Notes: generated by a model not told the origin, from the letters alone. DNA of 52,069 nucleotides from Gammaproteobacteria bacterium (GCA_013002925.1 JABDLQ010000165.1:1-52069); one strand, 5' to 3'; positions 9,595 through 19,768 are shown, numbered from the stretch's first letter. Made by a program: numbers and translations.

Positions 9595-10179
9595 TCAGCC
9601 TATCCGTGACAGCTTTAATAAACGCTTTAAATCGTTATAAATTGCGCGCGGGTCCGCTGCATTCGAAAACCGCATGACCAGGTTACCCAACGGATCGATA
9701 ATGTAAATCCATTCCCCCGGCTGTGCCTGATGGGACGCCAGGATGACCTGCGCCAATGACCCGGCGCGCACAATCTCCATATTCGGAAATGCCGGATAGA
9801 GCGCGTCTGGAAAGCGTCCATCCTGTGGCAGGATCGCGGCAAGCCCGATGCGGTCCGCATATTTTCCAAGTGACATGCGCACCTGGCGCATCACCAGCAG
9901 AGTCTGCTCGCAGTGACTGTTACAATCTGTCATGCCCACGTAGGCAAGCGTCCAGCGCTCCCGCAAAAAGTCATCGGGGTAAATTTTGTTGAGATATTCC
10001 GGCTCATGCGGTGGCAATGACAATGCCGGATCGAACAACTCACCATGCGCAGAAGACGATGTGGGTCGCCAGTCGATTACTCCGAGATACATCAGCCACG
10101 CAACGACAAGCGGCGCGAAAAACACCAATGCGATCAGCAGTAACTGCCGACGCCCGGCGTTGGACGGTGTCACACTCAT
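9595..10179 (-). CDS. Membrane-anchored SCO/SenC-like thioredoxin-fold protein (cytochrome oxidase accessory)
   Basis: 194-aa ORF with an N-terminal TM anchor, a CxxxC motif (CNSHC) and a downstream His followed by IYIIDPLGNLV, as in SCO copper chaperones. It lies 9 nt downstream of SURF1 in the cox cluster. Confidence 0.6.
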   Translation of the reverse strand: MSVTPSNAGRRQLLLIALVFFAPLVVAWLMYLGVIDWRPTSSSAHGELFDPALSLPPHEPEYLNKIYPDDFLRERWTLAYVGMTDCNSHCEQTLLVMRQVRMSLGKYADRIGLAAILPQDGRFPDALYPAFPNMEIVRAGSLAQVILASHQAQPGEWIYIIDPLGNLVMRFSNAADPRAIYNDLKRLLKLSRIG

Positions 10180-10188
10180 CGCGTATTC

Positions 10189-10917
10189 CTACTCTCTGTC
10201 AGTGGTCGCATCGGTTTTGCGAAAACTGATGACCAGATAAATAATAAACAGCGTCAGCGCCAGCGCAAACCATTGCACCGCGTAACCCACATGTCGTTCG
10301 GATCCCAGTCCACCGGGTTTCCATTCGCGCAAAAAACCTTCTGGCTCATCCGCATTGAGCAACAGTTGCCATGTGACCACGGGGGCATCGAGCCAGGCGC
10401 TGATCTCAGCGTGCTGAGGATAAATTGCGATGCGCGGCCATCGTCCCTCTTCGGCCGCGTTACCTCCCCCAAGTTTTAAACCGCTTTGCCAGAAACGATC
10501 GACCCGACCACGGATCTGGCGCGTGGTCGGCGCGACCTCGAGCCCGTCAACGGACTGCCGCGCACCCGTCCAGGGCCGCCATCCGCGATTCACCATCAGC
10601 AATCTGTCGCTTCCTTCAATCCGAAACGGTGTGAGTACCAGGTAGCCAGGTCGGCGCCCCTTGGGGATTCCGTCCATCAAAACCTGGGTATCGCTGACAA
10701 ACGCTCCAGTTACCTGCACATGCTGATAACGCTCAGGCATCGACGTCAACTCATCGGCTGCAAGCGCTGGAGTGTCACCTTGTTGGAACGCTGTTTGTTG
10801 CTGCTGTTTCTGCGCCGCGCGATCGAGCTGCCAGAAGCCCAGATACACCATGAACAAAATCAAGCCAAATGACACGATTGCAGCGGGCAGGGAAAAATGG
10901 AATTTTCGATTGCGCAT
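10189..10917 (-). CDS. SURF1-family cytochrome oxidase assembly protein
   Basis: 242-aa ORF with N- and C-terminal TM segments and SURF1 signatures (GFWQLDR, VNRGW, HVGYAVQWF). Confidence 0.88.
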   Translation of the reverse strand: MRNRKFHFSLPAAIVSFGLILFMVYLGFWQLDRAAQKQQQQTAFQQGDTPALAADELTSMPERYQHVQVTGAFVSDTQVLMDGIPKGRRPGYLVLTPFRIEGSDRLLMVNRGWRPWTGARQSVDGLEVAPTTRQIRGRVDRFWQSGLKLGGGNAAEEGRWPRIAIYPQHAEISAWLDAPVVTWQLLLNADEPEGFLREWKPGGLGSERHVGYAVQWFALALTLFIIYLVISFRKTDATTDRE

Positions 10918-11004
10918 TCACCGTTCCTGTACGGGCCCACTTGATAGGCATTGCGATTTGCTTCAGACTCCTTTTCGATACTGTAAGCGGAGCCATTATT
11001 CGTC

Positions 11005-11211
11005 ATGAAACTGGTCATACTTTTTGCACTGGCAGTGGTCATATGGAGCCTGGGTGTGGCATTGTTCCGCCTCGCCAAATCCGAGGGCGACAAGGCCCGG
11101 GTAGTGCGCCCCCTGACAATCCGTATTGCGATCTCGGTAGCCCTGTTTCTTGCGCTGGTGCTTGCGATGCTGCTCGGCTGGATTGAACCACATGGAGTCA
11201 ACCCGGCCTGA
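11005..11211 (+). CDS. Twin-transmembrane-helix small protein (DUF2909 family)
   Basis: 68-aa ORF with two hydrophobic helices separated by a basic loop. It occupies the position between coxIII and SURF1 seen in Pseudomonas-type cox clusters. Confidence 0.65.
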   Translation: MKLVILFALAVVIWSLGVALFRLAKSEGDKARVVRPLTIRIAISVALFLALVLAMLLGWIEPHGVNPA

Positions 11212-11246
11212 GGCCTCGTACTGATACCCGCCTTTTCCCCAATCGT

Positions 11247-11280
11247 TAAAAACAGGCGCTGGCTATGACAGCGTCGTTTT
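11247..11280. terminator. Bidirectional rho-independent terminator between convergent DUF2909 gene and coxC
   Basis: Stem GGCGCTG (11255-11261) pairs with CAGCGTC (11269-11275), with one G-U pair and a 7-nt loop. An A-run lies upstream and GTTTT downstream, so it reads as a stem plus T-run on both strands. Confidence 0.55.
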
Positions 11281-11298
11281 CATACCGGCAGATGCCCG

Positions 11299-12165
11299 CT
11301 AGAGTATGTACACAAAGATAAACAGCCCAAGCCAAACGACGTCAACAAAATGCCAATACCACGCGACTGCCTCAAATCCGAAATGATGGGTCGGTGTAAA
11401 GTGGCCGCGTAGTACGCGCAGCCAGATCACGACCAGCATGATGGAACCCAGGGTTACGTGCGCGCCGTGAAACCCCGTCAGCATAAAGAAAGTTGAACCA
11501 TAAATTCCGGTGCTGAGCTTCAGGTTCAGGTGGACATACGCCTCATAGTATTCTTCTACCTGCAGGCCGAGAAACAAAAAACCCAGCACAAATGTTGCAG
11601 CCAGTCCCCATTTCAGCAACTTGCGGTTTCCATCGATCAGCGCGTGATGCGCGATGGTAATGGTGACGCTACTGGTCAGCAGCAGCGCGGTGTTAATGAG
11701 TGGCAGACCTTTCCATGGCATCGGTTCAAATGTGCCGCCCAGGCCACCCGGGCCGTTGGTCGGCCACGCCGGTTCGAATCCGGACCACAGCAGCAGGTTC
11801 GTAAAGATGTTGGCGCCCTCACCGCCAAGCCATGGTATGGCCAGTTGGCGGGCATAAAACAGGGCACCAAAAAAACCGGCAAAAAACATGACTTCCGACA
11901 TGATGAACCAGATCATGCCTTGTCGGAATGAACTGTCCTCGCGCCTGCCAAAAATGCCGCTGACACTCTCCCGAATGACTTCACCAAACCAGCCAAACAC
12001 CATGTAGAGCAGGCCTGCTGTCCCGGCGTAAACCATGTAACGTCCTATCGCTCCATCGTTTAGCCAGTTGCCGGCACCGAAGGCCAGCAAAAACAGCGAT
12101 ACGGAGCCGATGATTGGCCATGCGCTGCCATGCGGAACGTAATATTTTCTAATCGCTTCAGACAT
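11299..12165 (-). CDS. coxC: Cytochrome c oxidase subunit III
   Basis: 288-aa seven-TM ORF with a typical subunit III sequence (TGFHGAHVTLG, WYWHFVDVVWLGLF). Confidence 0.93.
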   Translation of the reverse strand: MSEAIRKYYVPHGSAWPIIGSVSLFLLAFGAGNWLNDGAIGRYMVYAGTAGLLYMVFGWFGEVIRESVSGIFGRREDSSFRQGMIWFIMSEVMFFAGFFGALFYARQLAIPWLGGEGANIFTNLLLWSGFEPAWPTNGPGGLGGTFEPMPWKGLPLINTALLLTSSVTITIAHHALIDGNRKLLKWGLAATFVLGFLFLGLQVEEYYEAYVHLNLKLSTGIYGSTFFMLTGFHGAHVTLGSIMLVVIWLRVLRGHFTPTHHFGFEAVAWYWHFVDVVWLGLFIFVYIL

Positions 12166-12201
12166 ATTCCTGCCCTTTACAAGCCCACTGCCAGCGTTCG
12201 A

Positions 12202-12792
12202 CTACAGCTTGTTTTTTGTAAAAATCGTATACGACAATGTAATGGTGTCAACGTGCGCCGGTAGCTCGGGGTCTACGATAAATGTCACCGGCATCTGTTT
12301 TTCTTCGCTCGCCAGAAAAGCCTGTTCTGTAAAGCAAAAACATTCGGTTTTTAGCAAGTACTTCGCTGCGGTCCCCGGCGCCACGCTCGGTACCGCCTGC
12401 GCCACCCGGTTTTCTTTGAGTTCATTGCGCGCCGTGTAAGAAACGGTGTAGAGCTTGCCGGGGTTTACGGTAAGCCGGGTTGTCACCGGTTCAAACGACC
12501 AGGCCCCATTGGCATTGACTGTCGACATAAACTCCACCGCGACCTCACGGTCAGGATCGGGTTTTTCAATGACAGTGGCAGCAGTGCTCGCTGTTTTACC
12601 ATTGAGGCCGGTAATTTCACACAGCACGTCATACAATGGCACCAGCGCGTAACCAAAACCAAACATCACCGCAATCAGCGCGACCAGCGACAGCGTCAGA
12701 TGTCCACGTTGCCTGTAGGAGTTGTCAGACACTGCGCGACCAGACGAATATGTAGACGATGTAGCTCGCATAGACACCCACCGCAGCAGCAA
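12202..12792 (-). CDS. ctaG: Cytochrome c oxidase assembly protein CtaG/Cox11
   Basis: 196-aa ORF with an N-terminal TM anchor and the Cox11 copper-site motif CFCF (ECFCFTEQ). The true start may be the ATG at 12774. Confidence 0.88.
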   Translation of the reverse strand: MLLRWVSMRATSSTYSSGRAVSDNSYRQRGHLTLSLVALIAVMFGFGYALVPLYDVLCEITGLNGKTASTAATVIEKPDPDREVAVEFMSTVNANGAWSFEPVTTRLTVNPGKLYTVSYTARNELKENRVAQAVPSVAPGTAAKYLLKTECFCFTEQAFLASEEKQMPVTFIVDPELPAHVDTITLSYTIFTKNKL

Positions 12793-12869
12793 TCAACCAC
12801 GCGACATGCCGTCGGATGCGTTGACGTCGTGAGGGTTTATCTGATGCCGGGATATCCACGTTCACCCCC

Positions 12870-14450
12870 TTACCTCACCGTCGGCGGAAGTTCAAAGCTG
12901 TGATATGGCGCAGGCGATGGCAGAGTCCATTCCAGACCATGTGAGCCTTCCCAGACTTCGTCCGTTGCCTTCGTTCCACCGCGCACGCACTGCCAGATGA
13001 TATACACAAAGAGCAACTGACTTAACCCAAACACGAACGCTCCAATGCTGGAAATCAAATTAAAATCAGCAAACTGGGTGGCATAATCCGGGATTCGACG
13101 TGGCATTCCTGCCAGTCCCAGAAAGTGCTGAGGGAAGAACGTCACGTTGACAAAGATCGTAGACAACCAGAAGTGCAGTTTGCCCAACTTCTCGTTGTAC
13201 ATGTTGCCACTCCATTTTGGCAGCCAGTAGTACACGCCAGCCATAATCCCGAACACCGCGCCGGGAACCAGCACGTAGTGAAAGTGAGCAACCACGAAAT
13301 ACGTATCGTGATACTGGAAGTCTGCCGGAACGATCGCCAGCATCAGCCCGGAAAAGCCGCCGATCGTAAACAAAAACACAAAAGCAACTGCAAACAGCAT
13401 TGGGGTTTCAAACGTCATGGAGCCACGCCACATGGTCGACACCCAGTTAAACACTTTGACCCCGGTCGGCACCGCAATCAGCATCGTGGCAAACATAAAA
13501 AACAACTCGCCTGACAGTGGCATGCCAACGGTAAACATGTGGTGCGCCCACACGATAAACGACAGAAACGCGATACTCGCTGTAGCGTAAACCATAGCGG
13601 AATAACCAAACAGTTTCTTACGGGCAAACGTCGGAATGATTTCTGAAATAACGCCAAAGGCCGGCAAAATCATGATGTAAACTTCCGGGTGCCCAAAAAA
13701 CCAGAAAATGTGCTGGAACATGACCGGATCGCCACCGCCGGCGGCGTTGAAGAAACTGGTAGCCGCATAATGATCGGTCAGCAACATCGTAACGGCTGCC
13801 GCCAGCACCGGCATAGCCAGAATCAGCAAATAAGCCGTGATCAGCCAGGTCCAGGTGAACAACGGCATTTTCAGCATCGTCATTCCAGGCGCACGCATGT
13901 TCATGATCGTAACGATCACATTGATGGACCCCATGATGGATGAAATCCCCATCATATGGACCGATAGAATCACGAATGGAAACGCATTACCGGTTTGCAG
14001 CACCAGTGGCGGATAAAGCGTCCAGCCACCGGCCGGTGCGCCGCCGTCCATGAACAGCGTCGAGAACAACATGGTAAAAGCAAATGGCAGAATCCAGAAG
14101 CTCCAGTTGTTCATGCGGGGCAACGCCATGTCTGGCGCGCCCACCTGCAGCGGAATCATCCAGTTAGCCAGTCCCACGAATGCCGGCATGACCCCGCCAA
14201 AAATCATGAACAGCGCGTGCATCGTGGTCATCTGGTTGAAAAACCCCGGGTCAACGAACTGCAGACCGGGTTGAAACAGCTCCGCACGAATCACAAACGC
14301 CATGGCGCCGCCGACAAAAAACATCGCCAGGGCAAACACCAGGTACATGGTGCCGATGTCTTTGTGGTTGGTCGCAAAAAGCCAGCGTTTCAGGCCCTTT
14401 TCCGGACCGTGATGATGCTCGTCGTGGTGCTCTGCTGCATGGGAAGTCAT
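12870..14450 (-). CDS. coxA: Cytochrome c oxidase subunit I (aa3-type)
   Basis: The ORF-track frame continues to 14540, but I place the start at the ATG at 14448-14450 (MTSHAAEHH...). That ATG has a GGAGAT RBS and avoids overlap with coxB. Classic haem-copper oxidase subunit I sequence ([25 protein letters not shown]). Confidence 0.93.
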   Translation of the reverse strand: MTSHAAEHHDEHHHGPEKGLKRWLFATNHKDIGTMYLVFALAMFFVGGAMAFVIRAELFQPGLQFVDPGFFNQMTTMHALFMIFGGVMPAFVGLANWMIPLQVGAPDMALPRMNNWSFWILPFAFTMLFSTLFMDGGAPAGGWTLYPPLVLQTGNAFPFVILSVHMMGISSIMGSINVIVTIMNMRAPGMTMLKMPLFTWTWLITAYLLILAMPVLAAAVTMLLTDHYAATSFFNAAGGGDPVMFQHIFWFFGHPEVYIMILPAFGVISEIIPTFARKKLFGYSAMVYATASIAFLSFIVWAHHMFTVGMPLSGELFFMFATMLIAVPTGVKVFNWVSTMWRGSMTFETPMLFAVAFVFLFTIGGFSGLMLAIVPADFQYHDTYFVVAHFHYVLVPGAVFGIMAGVYYWLPKWSGNMYNEKLGKLHFWLSTIFVNVTFFPQHFLGLAGMPRRIPDYATQFADFNLISSIGAFVFGLSQLLFVYIIWQCVRGGTKATDEVWEGSHGLEWTLPSPAPYHSFELPPTVR

Positions 14451-14463
14451 CTGAATCTCCTTA

Positions 14464-15699
14464 TTATTCGCCGCGCAGTGCCGCCACGTCTGCCGGAGCA
14501 GCCATGTCGCCAACACTGTTGCCCAGCGCGTTTCGTTCATAAGTCACGACGGCGGCAATATCTGCGTCGCTCAGCAAAGCACCAAAGGCAATCATTGCGG
14601 TGCCTGGGCTGCCGTTTAAAATGATGTTGATATGCCCATCGATGGGACCCGTCGTAATCGCCCCGGCTGTTAACGCCGGAAACGCCGGCGGCAGTCCCTG
14701 CCCGTTCGCCTGATGACAGGCCACACAATGCTGCGCATAAACACTCTCGCCTTTGAGGATGAGCGCGGTCATATCCGGTGCCGCGTCACCACCAGACGTT
14801 GAGGCCGCAGCTGCAACGGCCACAGGCGGATCCAGCGCTGCGGCACCGGCGTCAGCAGCAGAGTCTGTGGCGGCCGTGGTGACTGCAGCGGTCATGCCAG
14901 TGTCCGCACGATCTCGAACCCAGGCGGCATAATCCGCTTCGCTGAGCACCTTGACCACGATCGGCATAAAGCCATGGTCCCGGCCACACAGTTCAGCGCA
15001 CTGACCACGAAACGTACCGGTGCGGTTGGCCTTGAACCACAATGAGTTTACAAACCCTGGGATCGCATCGCGTTTACCTGTTAATTCCGGTACCCACCAC
15101 GCATGAATCACGTCAGCGGCGGTCAACAACAGACGAATTTTCTTACCCACAGGGACCACCATGGGGTTGTCCACGTCCCGCAAATAATTCGGTACAGACG
15201 TGGGGTCAATTCCCGAATTCACCTGTCGTGCGATGTTGGCTTCCTGACTGAGTCTGCTGTAAAAACTGATGCCCTCTTCAGGATATTCATAGTGCCAGTT
15301 CCACTGATACCCGGTAACCTGGATGGTCAGATCCGACGCACTTGAATCTTCCAGCTTTACCAATGTTTTTGCAGCAGGGTACGCCATGACGATGAGTATG
15401 ATGACGGGCACGGCTGTCCATGTGACCTCGGCGACATTGCTGTGGGTAAACGTTGCCGGCTCCGGATGCACTGACTTACGATGTTTGATAATCGAATAGA
15501 TCATCACGCTGAACACGACGACGCCGATCCAGACACAGACGTAAAAGATCAGCATATGCAGACCATAGATTTCCTGGCTGGAATCAGTAATGCCTTTGGG
15601 CATATTCAGTTCCCAGGCAGCCAGCGTCGGCAGCATCGCAATCGTCGCGACCAAACCCGCAACCCATTTCATCATCTGCCGCGTTGTATTCTCGTACAT
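14464..15699 (-). CDS. coxB: Cytochrome c oxidase subunit II with C-terminal cytochrome c domain
   Basis: 411-aa ORF with two N-terminal TM helices and the CuA motif (HAWWVPE...[12 protein letters not shown]). An Ala-rich linker leads to a haem-c CxxCH site (CVACH). Confidence 0.92.
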   Translation of the reverse strand: MYENTTRQMMKWVAGLVATIAMLPTLAAWELNMPKGITDSSQEIYGLHMLIFYVCVWIGVVVFSVMIYSIIKHRKSVHPEPATFTHSNVAEVTWTAVPVIILIVMAYPAAKTLVKLEDSSASDLTIQVTGYQWNWHYEYPEEGISFYSRLSQEANIARQVNSGIDPTSVPNYLRDVDNPMVVPVGKKIRLLLTAADVIHAWWVPELTGKRDAIPGFVNSLWFKANRTGTFRGQCAELCGRDHGFMPIVVKVLSEADYAAWVRDRADTGMTAAVTTAATDSAADAGAAALDPPVAVAAAASTSGGDAAPDMTALILKGESVYAQHCVACHQANGQGLPPAFPALTAGAITTGPIDGHINIILNGSPGTAMIAFGALLSDADIAAVVTYERNALGNSVGDMAAPADVAALRGE

Positions 15700-15849
15700 G
15701 GACTGGTCTCCCTGTTATCAACCAGTTATTAAATATTCAGCTGCGAACCCGAATCGGTAACTGCACTGCAGAATCGACACTTCCGCTGCAGACAACTCCT
15801 GTTCATTTACACTTCAGCTCTACCAACCTTATTTAAAAATACCCCGGGA

Positions 15850-16347
15850 TCAGCGAGGTATAGCCAGGCGTGGCGATGCCTCGACCGGACCGACCAGCTG
15901 CCTGAGGTGTTCACACAGGCCGCGTCGTTCCGATTCTGTCAGGCAAGCACCGATTTCCAGAGAATCTCCCCGACACCCCACCACCAGACGGCTTGGATAC
16001 GTGGCGATAGATGCCGGAATCAGCTTCACCGCCGACCAGTACCGGGGGAATTCTACCCTCTCCAGAACTTTTTGCTGACCTTTTTCAACTACCAGGTGCC
16101 GGTCGCTGACTCGCACCACTTCCTGATATCGGCCGCGTCTCAGTGAGATGCGCAATGCCCAGGCGATGGCCAGCATCTCCAACCCCGCAAATGGCAATAC
16201 CAGCCAGAAACCGGCCAGCGCCAATGCAGTGGAAATCACTATGGTCGGAATCACCAGCGAGGCCATAAAAATTCTTGCTTGACGCGGACTTAGTGAGCAG
16301 TTTGGAGAGATGCTGACTACCCGTTCCCGGGTCACGGTAAATGTCAT
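15850..16347 (-). CDS. DUF2244-family integral membrane protein (cox-cluster associated)
   Basis: The ORF has two adjacent TM helices followed by a soluble domain, upstream of coxB as is usual for DUF2244. The track start at 16416 is a TTG. I prefer the ATG at 16345-16347, but neither has a clear RBS. Confidence 0.55.
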   Translation of the reverse strand: MTFTVTRERVVSISPNCSLSPRQARIFMASLVIPTIVISTALALAGFWLVLPFAGLEMLAIAWALRISLRRGRYQEVVRVSDRHLVVEKGQQKVLERVEFPRYWSAVKLIPASIATYPSRLVVGCRGDSLEIGACLTESERRGLCEHLRQLVGPVEASPRLAIPR

Positions 16348-16480
16348 CGGTGAATTGCAACCTTGACTGAGTCTAAACCAAGACTGAATATTACCCCAAC
16401 CACCCTTGGGACGCAATGCAACATGTTGAACATTTGATTGATATAACTCATGTTTATCAATGGCTTATGTTTTTTTGGTA

Positions 16481-17359
16481 TCACACCCGCGGAGCGCGCA
16501 GCCGTTCAACCGGAATCGCCACCGAACCATCTTCAAGACGGGACTGTCCCGCTTTTTCAGGCTTCCACGCCTGTCCCAACACAGCCTCGAGCGTCAGAGC
16601 GTAGCGGTCCGACAGACGCGCAGCCTCCAACGCACTGACAAAGCGGCGCCACCGCTGCTTGCCGGTCAGGCTGCGCTGCCGGTCACCCAGGCAATTGCGG
16701 ACGCCATTGGCACGTAAATCCGCAAACAGTGCAGCCGGTGTGGAATAGGTCAGTGTGAAATTTTCGCAATCCATCACCGGTTCGCAAAAATTCGCATGCA
16801 CGAGTGCATCACCGGTGTCGTGCATATCAGGCATCGTGCCGACATGCGAGGCGCTGGAACCCTCAGCGGTGCGCCAGGCAGCGTGCAGCTCACAAAATGT
16901 ATCCGCACCCAGACAAGAAAAATGAAAACAACCACCGGGCCTGAGTACTCGCTGCACCTCCTTCAGCAAGTGCGACATGTCATCACTCATGGCCAGGAAG
17001 AGGTTGCTGTATACCAGGTCAAAGCTGTGATCGTCGTCCGGCAGTGCCTTGAGTTCGCATACCCTGACTTGCACATCAGCTCCCGGGGTGCCGGCCAGAC
17101 TCTGCTGATCGCGTCGTAACAGGACCTGCGAAATATCCAGCAGGGTAATCGACGCACCCGGAAACAGCGTCAGTAACCGTAATACTACCGTCGGATTTCC
17201 CGCGCCAAGCACGGCAATACGACGGATGGGCACCTTGACAATCAGCAGTCGCTCGAGCAACTCCTCATCCAGCTGCTGCTGAAAGACTGCCGCTTGTGCA
17301 TAGTGTGCGGCGCAATCATTCCGGGCGCGGCGCATCAGAATGTGATTGTAAACTGACAT
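16481..17359 (-). CDS. Class I SAM-dependent methyltransferase, BioC-like
   Basis: The protein resembles malonyl-ACP O-methyltransferase (BioC). It has a Gly-rich SAM motif (IAVLGAGNP), acidic LLDIS, a DLVYSN motif, and the BioC-like C-terminal LTLEAVLGQAWKP. Start set at the ATG at 17357-17359 (MSVYNH...), since the longer track ORF would overlap comF. Confidence 0.6.
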   Translation of the reverse strand: MSVYNHILMRRARNDCAAHYAQAAVFQQQLDEELLERLLIVKVPIRRIAVLGAGNPTVVLRLLTLFPGASITLLDISQVLLRRDQQSLAGTPGADVQVRVCELKALPDDDHSFDLVYSNLFLAMSDDMSHLLKEVQRVLRPGGCFHFSCLGADTFCELHAAWRTAEGSSASHVGTMPDMHDTGDALVHANFCEPVMDCENFTLTYSTPAALFADLRANGVRNCLGDRQRSLTGKQRWRRFVSALEAARLSDRYALTLEAVLGQAWKPEKAGQSRLEDGSVAIPVERLRAPRV

Positions 17360-17502
17360 GTTATTCTCTGTTGGCTGGCAAGACGACGCGACCTGACTGT
17401 AACGCCATTTTTGTAAAAACACCGGATTTTTAAGCTTCGTTGTCACACCGTTACGCCGCATCATTGGCAAGCTGTGATTCTCCCACCATCAGGGATTTGC
17501 CT

Positions 17503-18228
17503 ATGAACCTGAACAGAATTGTACATGCCTTGCGGCGTTCTCTGCCCCGTCAGTGCATCGTGTGCAAAATGTCATCAGTAAACAGTAACATTTGTGCAAC
17601 CTGTGAACAGGCCCTGCCCCATCTGACCGACGTGTGTCAGTTATGTGCCCTGCCATTTTACAGTGCTTACAGCCCGATCTGTGGGCCATGCCTGTTAAAC
17701 CCACCGCCGTGGCAACGTCTGGATAGTCTGTGTGAGTATGTCGCGCCGGTCGACTCCCTGATTCATGCCTTCAAATATCATGCGGACTTCACCAGTGTGA
17801 CCCCGCTGACCCGCGGACTGGCCGCGCGCGTCACGGCGCATCGCCAACGCTGGCCAGACGCCATGATTCCGGTGCCGTTGCACCAGTGGCGGCACTGGCG
17901 GCGTGGTTTTAATCAGGCCCTTGAGATCACCCGTCAGTTACATCAGATTCTACATATACCGTTGCGCACAGATTTATGCCGTCGCATCAAAAACACTGTC
18001 ACACAAACAGGGCTTGAACACAGCCGCAGAAAGGCCAATATGAGAAATGCTTTCGTTGCTCACGCGGAATGTGCCGGCCAGCACCTTGCCGTCGTCGATG
18101 ATGTGCTGACCACTGGTGCCACCTTGCGTGCTCTGTGTGGTGAGCTCAATGCTGCCGGTGCAGCGACCCTGGAAGTCTGGACCTGTGCCAGGGTTGTCCG
18201 CCTGGGCGCACCTGCGGGCTTTCGGTAA
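17503..18228 (+). CDS. comF: ComF-family phosphoribosyltransferase-like protein
   Basis: N-terminal Cys pairs (CxxC x2: CIVC, CATC and others) and a C-terminal PRTase motif (VVDDVLTTGATL). The ATG at 17503 is preceded by AGGGA. The track start at 17440 is a TTG. Confidence 0.85.
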   Translation: MNLNRIVHALRRSLPRQCIVCKMSSVNSNICATCEQALPHLTDVCQLCALPFYSAYSPICGPCLLNPPPWQRLDSLCEYVAPVDSLIHAFKYHADFTSVTPLTRGLAARVTAHRQRWPDAMIPVPLHQWRHWRRGFNQALEITRQLHQILHIPLRTDLCRRIKNTVTQTGLEHSRRKANMRNAFVAHAECAGQHLAVVDDVLTTGATLRALCGELNAAGAATLEVWTCARVVRLGAPAGFR

Positions 18229-18229
18229 T

Positions 18230-18255
18230 CCCTCCGGCCGGCTGCGACCGGAGGG
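18230..18255. terminator. GC-rich hairpin between convergent comF and kbp (possible shared terminator)
   Basis: Perfect 8-bp stem CCCTCCGG (18230-18237) pairs with CCGGAGGG (18248-18255) across a 10-nt loop. There is no clear T-run on either strand. Confidence 0.4.
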
Positions 18256-18277
18256 GTAGACATCCTGCGTTACAGGC

Positions 18278-18802
18278 TCAGGCCAGGTTTCGTGGAATCC
18301 TGATTTTTTGACCGGGAAAAATTTTGTCGGGGTCTTCGATAATTTCGCGATTGGCTTCGAACAACTCTTTATACTTCATCGGATCGCCGTAAAAACGTTT
18401 GGCGATTTTGCTAAGGCTGTCACCGCTGACAATCGTGTAATAATCGACTTCAGAATTCACGGCAGCCGTTTTGGCATCTTCGTCGGGTTTGGCAGCTGCT
18501 GCAGCCTTGGCGGCTTCACGATTTTGCCGTGCTTGCTCCTGTGCTTCTTTTGACAAAGTCAGTTGCGCCACATTGACATCCTTCACACCCGCAATGTTGC
18601 CGACCATCAAAACCGCTTTTTCCACCGCTTCAACTGACGTGCACTCGCCGCATAGCTCGACAAAGCCGTCTTCATATTTGACCTCCAGGTTTTCAATTCC
18701 CGGATTAGCCGCGGCAACCATTTCCTGAATCTTTTCGGCGGCCTCTTCGTCTTTATTGAACACACGCCGTCCGATATCTTTTACAAATCCAAACAAACTC
18801 AT
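18278..18802 (-). CDS. kbp: BON + LysM domain potassium-binding protein Kbp (YgaU-like)
   Basis: The 174-aa ORF is collinear with E. coli YgaU/Kbp. It has the N-terminal MSLFGFVKDIG, a BON domain (VLMVGNIAGVKDV) and a C-terminal LysM (YYTIVSGDSLSKIAKRFYGD...IFPGQKIRIP). Confidence 0.85.
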   Translation of the reverse strand: MSLFGFVKDIGRRVFNKDEEAAEKIQEMVAAANPGIENLEVKYEDGFVELCGECTSVEAVEKAVLMVGNIAGVKDVNVAQLTLSKEAQEQARQNREAAKAAAAAKPDEDAKTAAVNSEVDYYTIVSGDSLSKIAKRFYGDPMKYKELFEANREIIEDPDKIFPGQKIRIPRNLA

Positions 18803-18883
18803 GGCAAATCTCCCTTGTTACTTACGAACGGAGGTCGGTAATGCCGCAACCAACTTGCTGCACAAAGGCATTACAGACCCCGA

Positions 18884-19768
18884 TTAAAGCAAAGTGTAGT
18901 CTAAAAACAGTCCGAAAAATATAGCCGCACCAAACCAATTGTTGTTAAGAAACGCAACAAAACATTCCTCGCGTTTCCGCTCTTTGATCAAATGTTGTTG
19001 ATACAGCGCAATGAGAGCGGCACCAAAGAGCCCCGCCCAGTACCATCCGCCCAGAGACTTTGTCAGCCCGAACACACTCAAACAGACCAGCGTAAGGGCA
19101 TGTAGCACCAGCACCATTAATCGATCATATTCACCAAACAGGATCGCAGTAGATTTGACGCCGATTGTCAGATCGTCATTACGATCCACCAGCGCGTATT
19201 CTGTGTCGTAGGCGGCCGCCCAGAACACGTTTGCGCCCAGCAACCACCAGCACTCCGCAGGCAGTGCGTGCAGGTGCGCAAAATACGCCATCGGAATGCC
19301 CCAGCCAAAAGCCACCCCCAGATAAAACTGCGGTAAATGAGTGTAGCGTTTCAGGAACGGGTACGTCATGGCCAGAACGGCCCCGGCAGAAGCCAGCAGC
19401 AGCAATTGGCTGTCGAGGAATAACACCAGCAACAGCGCAATGAGCATGAGCGCCACGAAGAGCGTCAGGGCTTCGCCCGGGCTGACTTCTCCACTTGCCA
19501 GCGGCCGATCCTGAGTGCGCTGCACATGCGGATCGATCTTTCGATCGGCGTAATCATTGATAACACAACCCGCGGCTCTCATCACCACGACGCCCACAAC
19601 AAACACACCAAATACCACGGCATCAGGTCGACCGTTGCTCGAACCCCACAGTGCCCAGAGCGTCGGATACATCAACAACCAGATGCCAATTGGCCGATCC
19701 ATTCGCATCAGCCGGAAGTAACTGCCCCATCGTTGTGTTTTAAACCCCACCGTACTGCCCCTGCGCAT
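18884..19768 (-). CDS. ubiA: 4-hydroxybenzoate polyprenyltransferase UbiA
   Basis: 294-aa polytopic ORF with UbiA motifs (RLMRMDRPIG, NDYADRKIDPHV, YDTEYALVDRNDD). Its 5' end overlaps the recG 3' end by 29 nt. Confidence 0.92.
   Translation of the reverse strand: MRRGSTVGFKTQRWGSYFRLMRMDRPIGIWLLMYPTLWALWGSSNGRPDAVVFGVFVVGVVVMRAAGCVINDYADRKIDPHVQRTQDRPLASGEVSPGEALTLFVALMLIALLLVLFLDSQLLLLASAGAVLAMTYPFLKRYTHLPQFYLGVAFGWGIPMAYFAHLHALPAECWWLLGANVFWAAAYDTEYALVDRNDDLTIGVKSTAILFGEYDRLMVLVLHALTLVCLSVFGLTKSLGGWYWAGLFGAALIALYQQHLIKERKREECFVAFLNNNWFGAAIFFGLFLDYTLL

Noticed and set aside
9352-9609. 85-aa plus-strand ORF (GTG start) with protein-like composition in the gap region.
   Set aside because: It has no RBS and no recognisable family, and it runs into the convergent SCO-like gene end. 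It could be a relic, but there is not enough evidence to call a CDS.
11771-11781. GGTTCGAATCC, the classical tRNA T-arm/T-loop motif.
   Set aside because: It lies inside coxC coding sequence. The flanks do not form a 5-bp T-stem or an acceptor stem, so this is a chance match and not a tRNA.
14451-14540. 30-codon N-terminal extension of cytochrome oxidase subunit I in the ORF track.
   Set aside because: The extension would overlap coxB by 77 nt and has no homology. The internal ATG at 14448-14450 has a GGAGAT RBS and gives the normal subunit I N-terminus.
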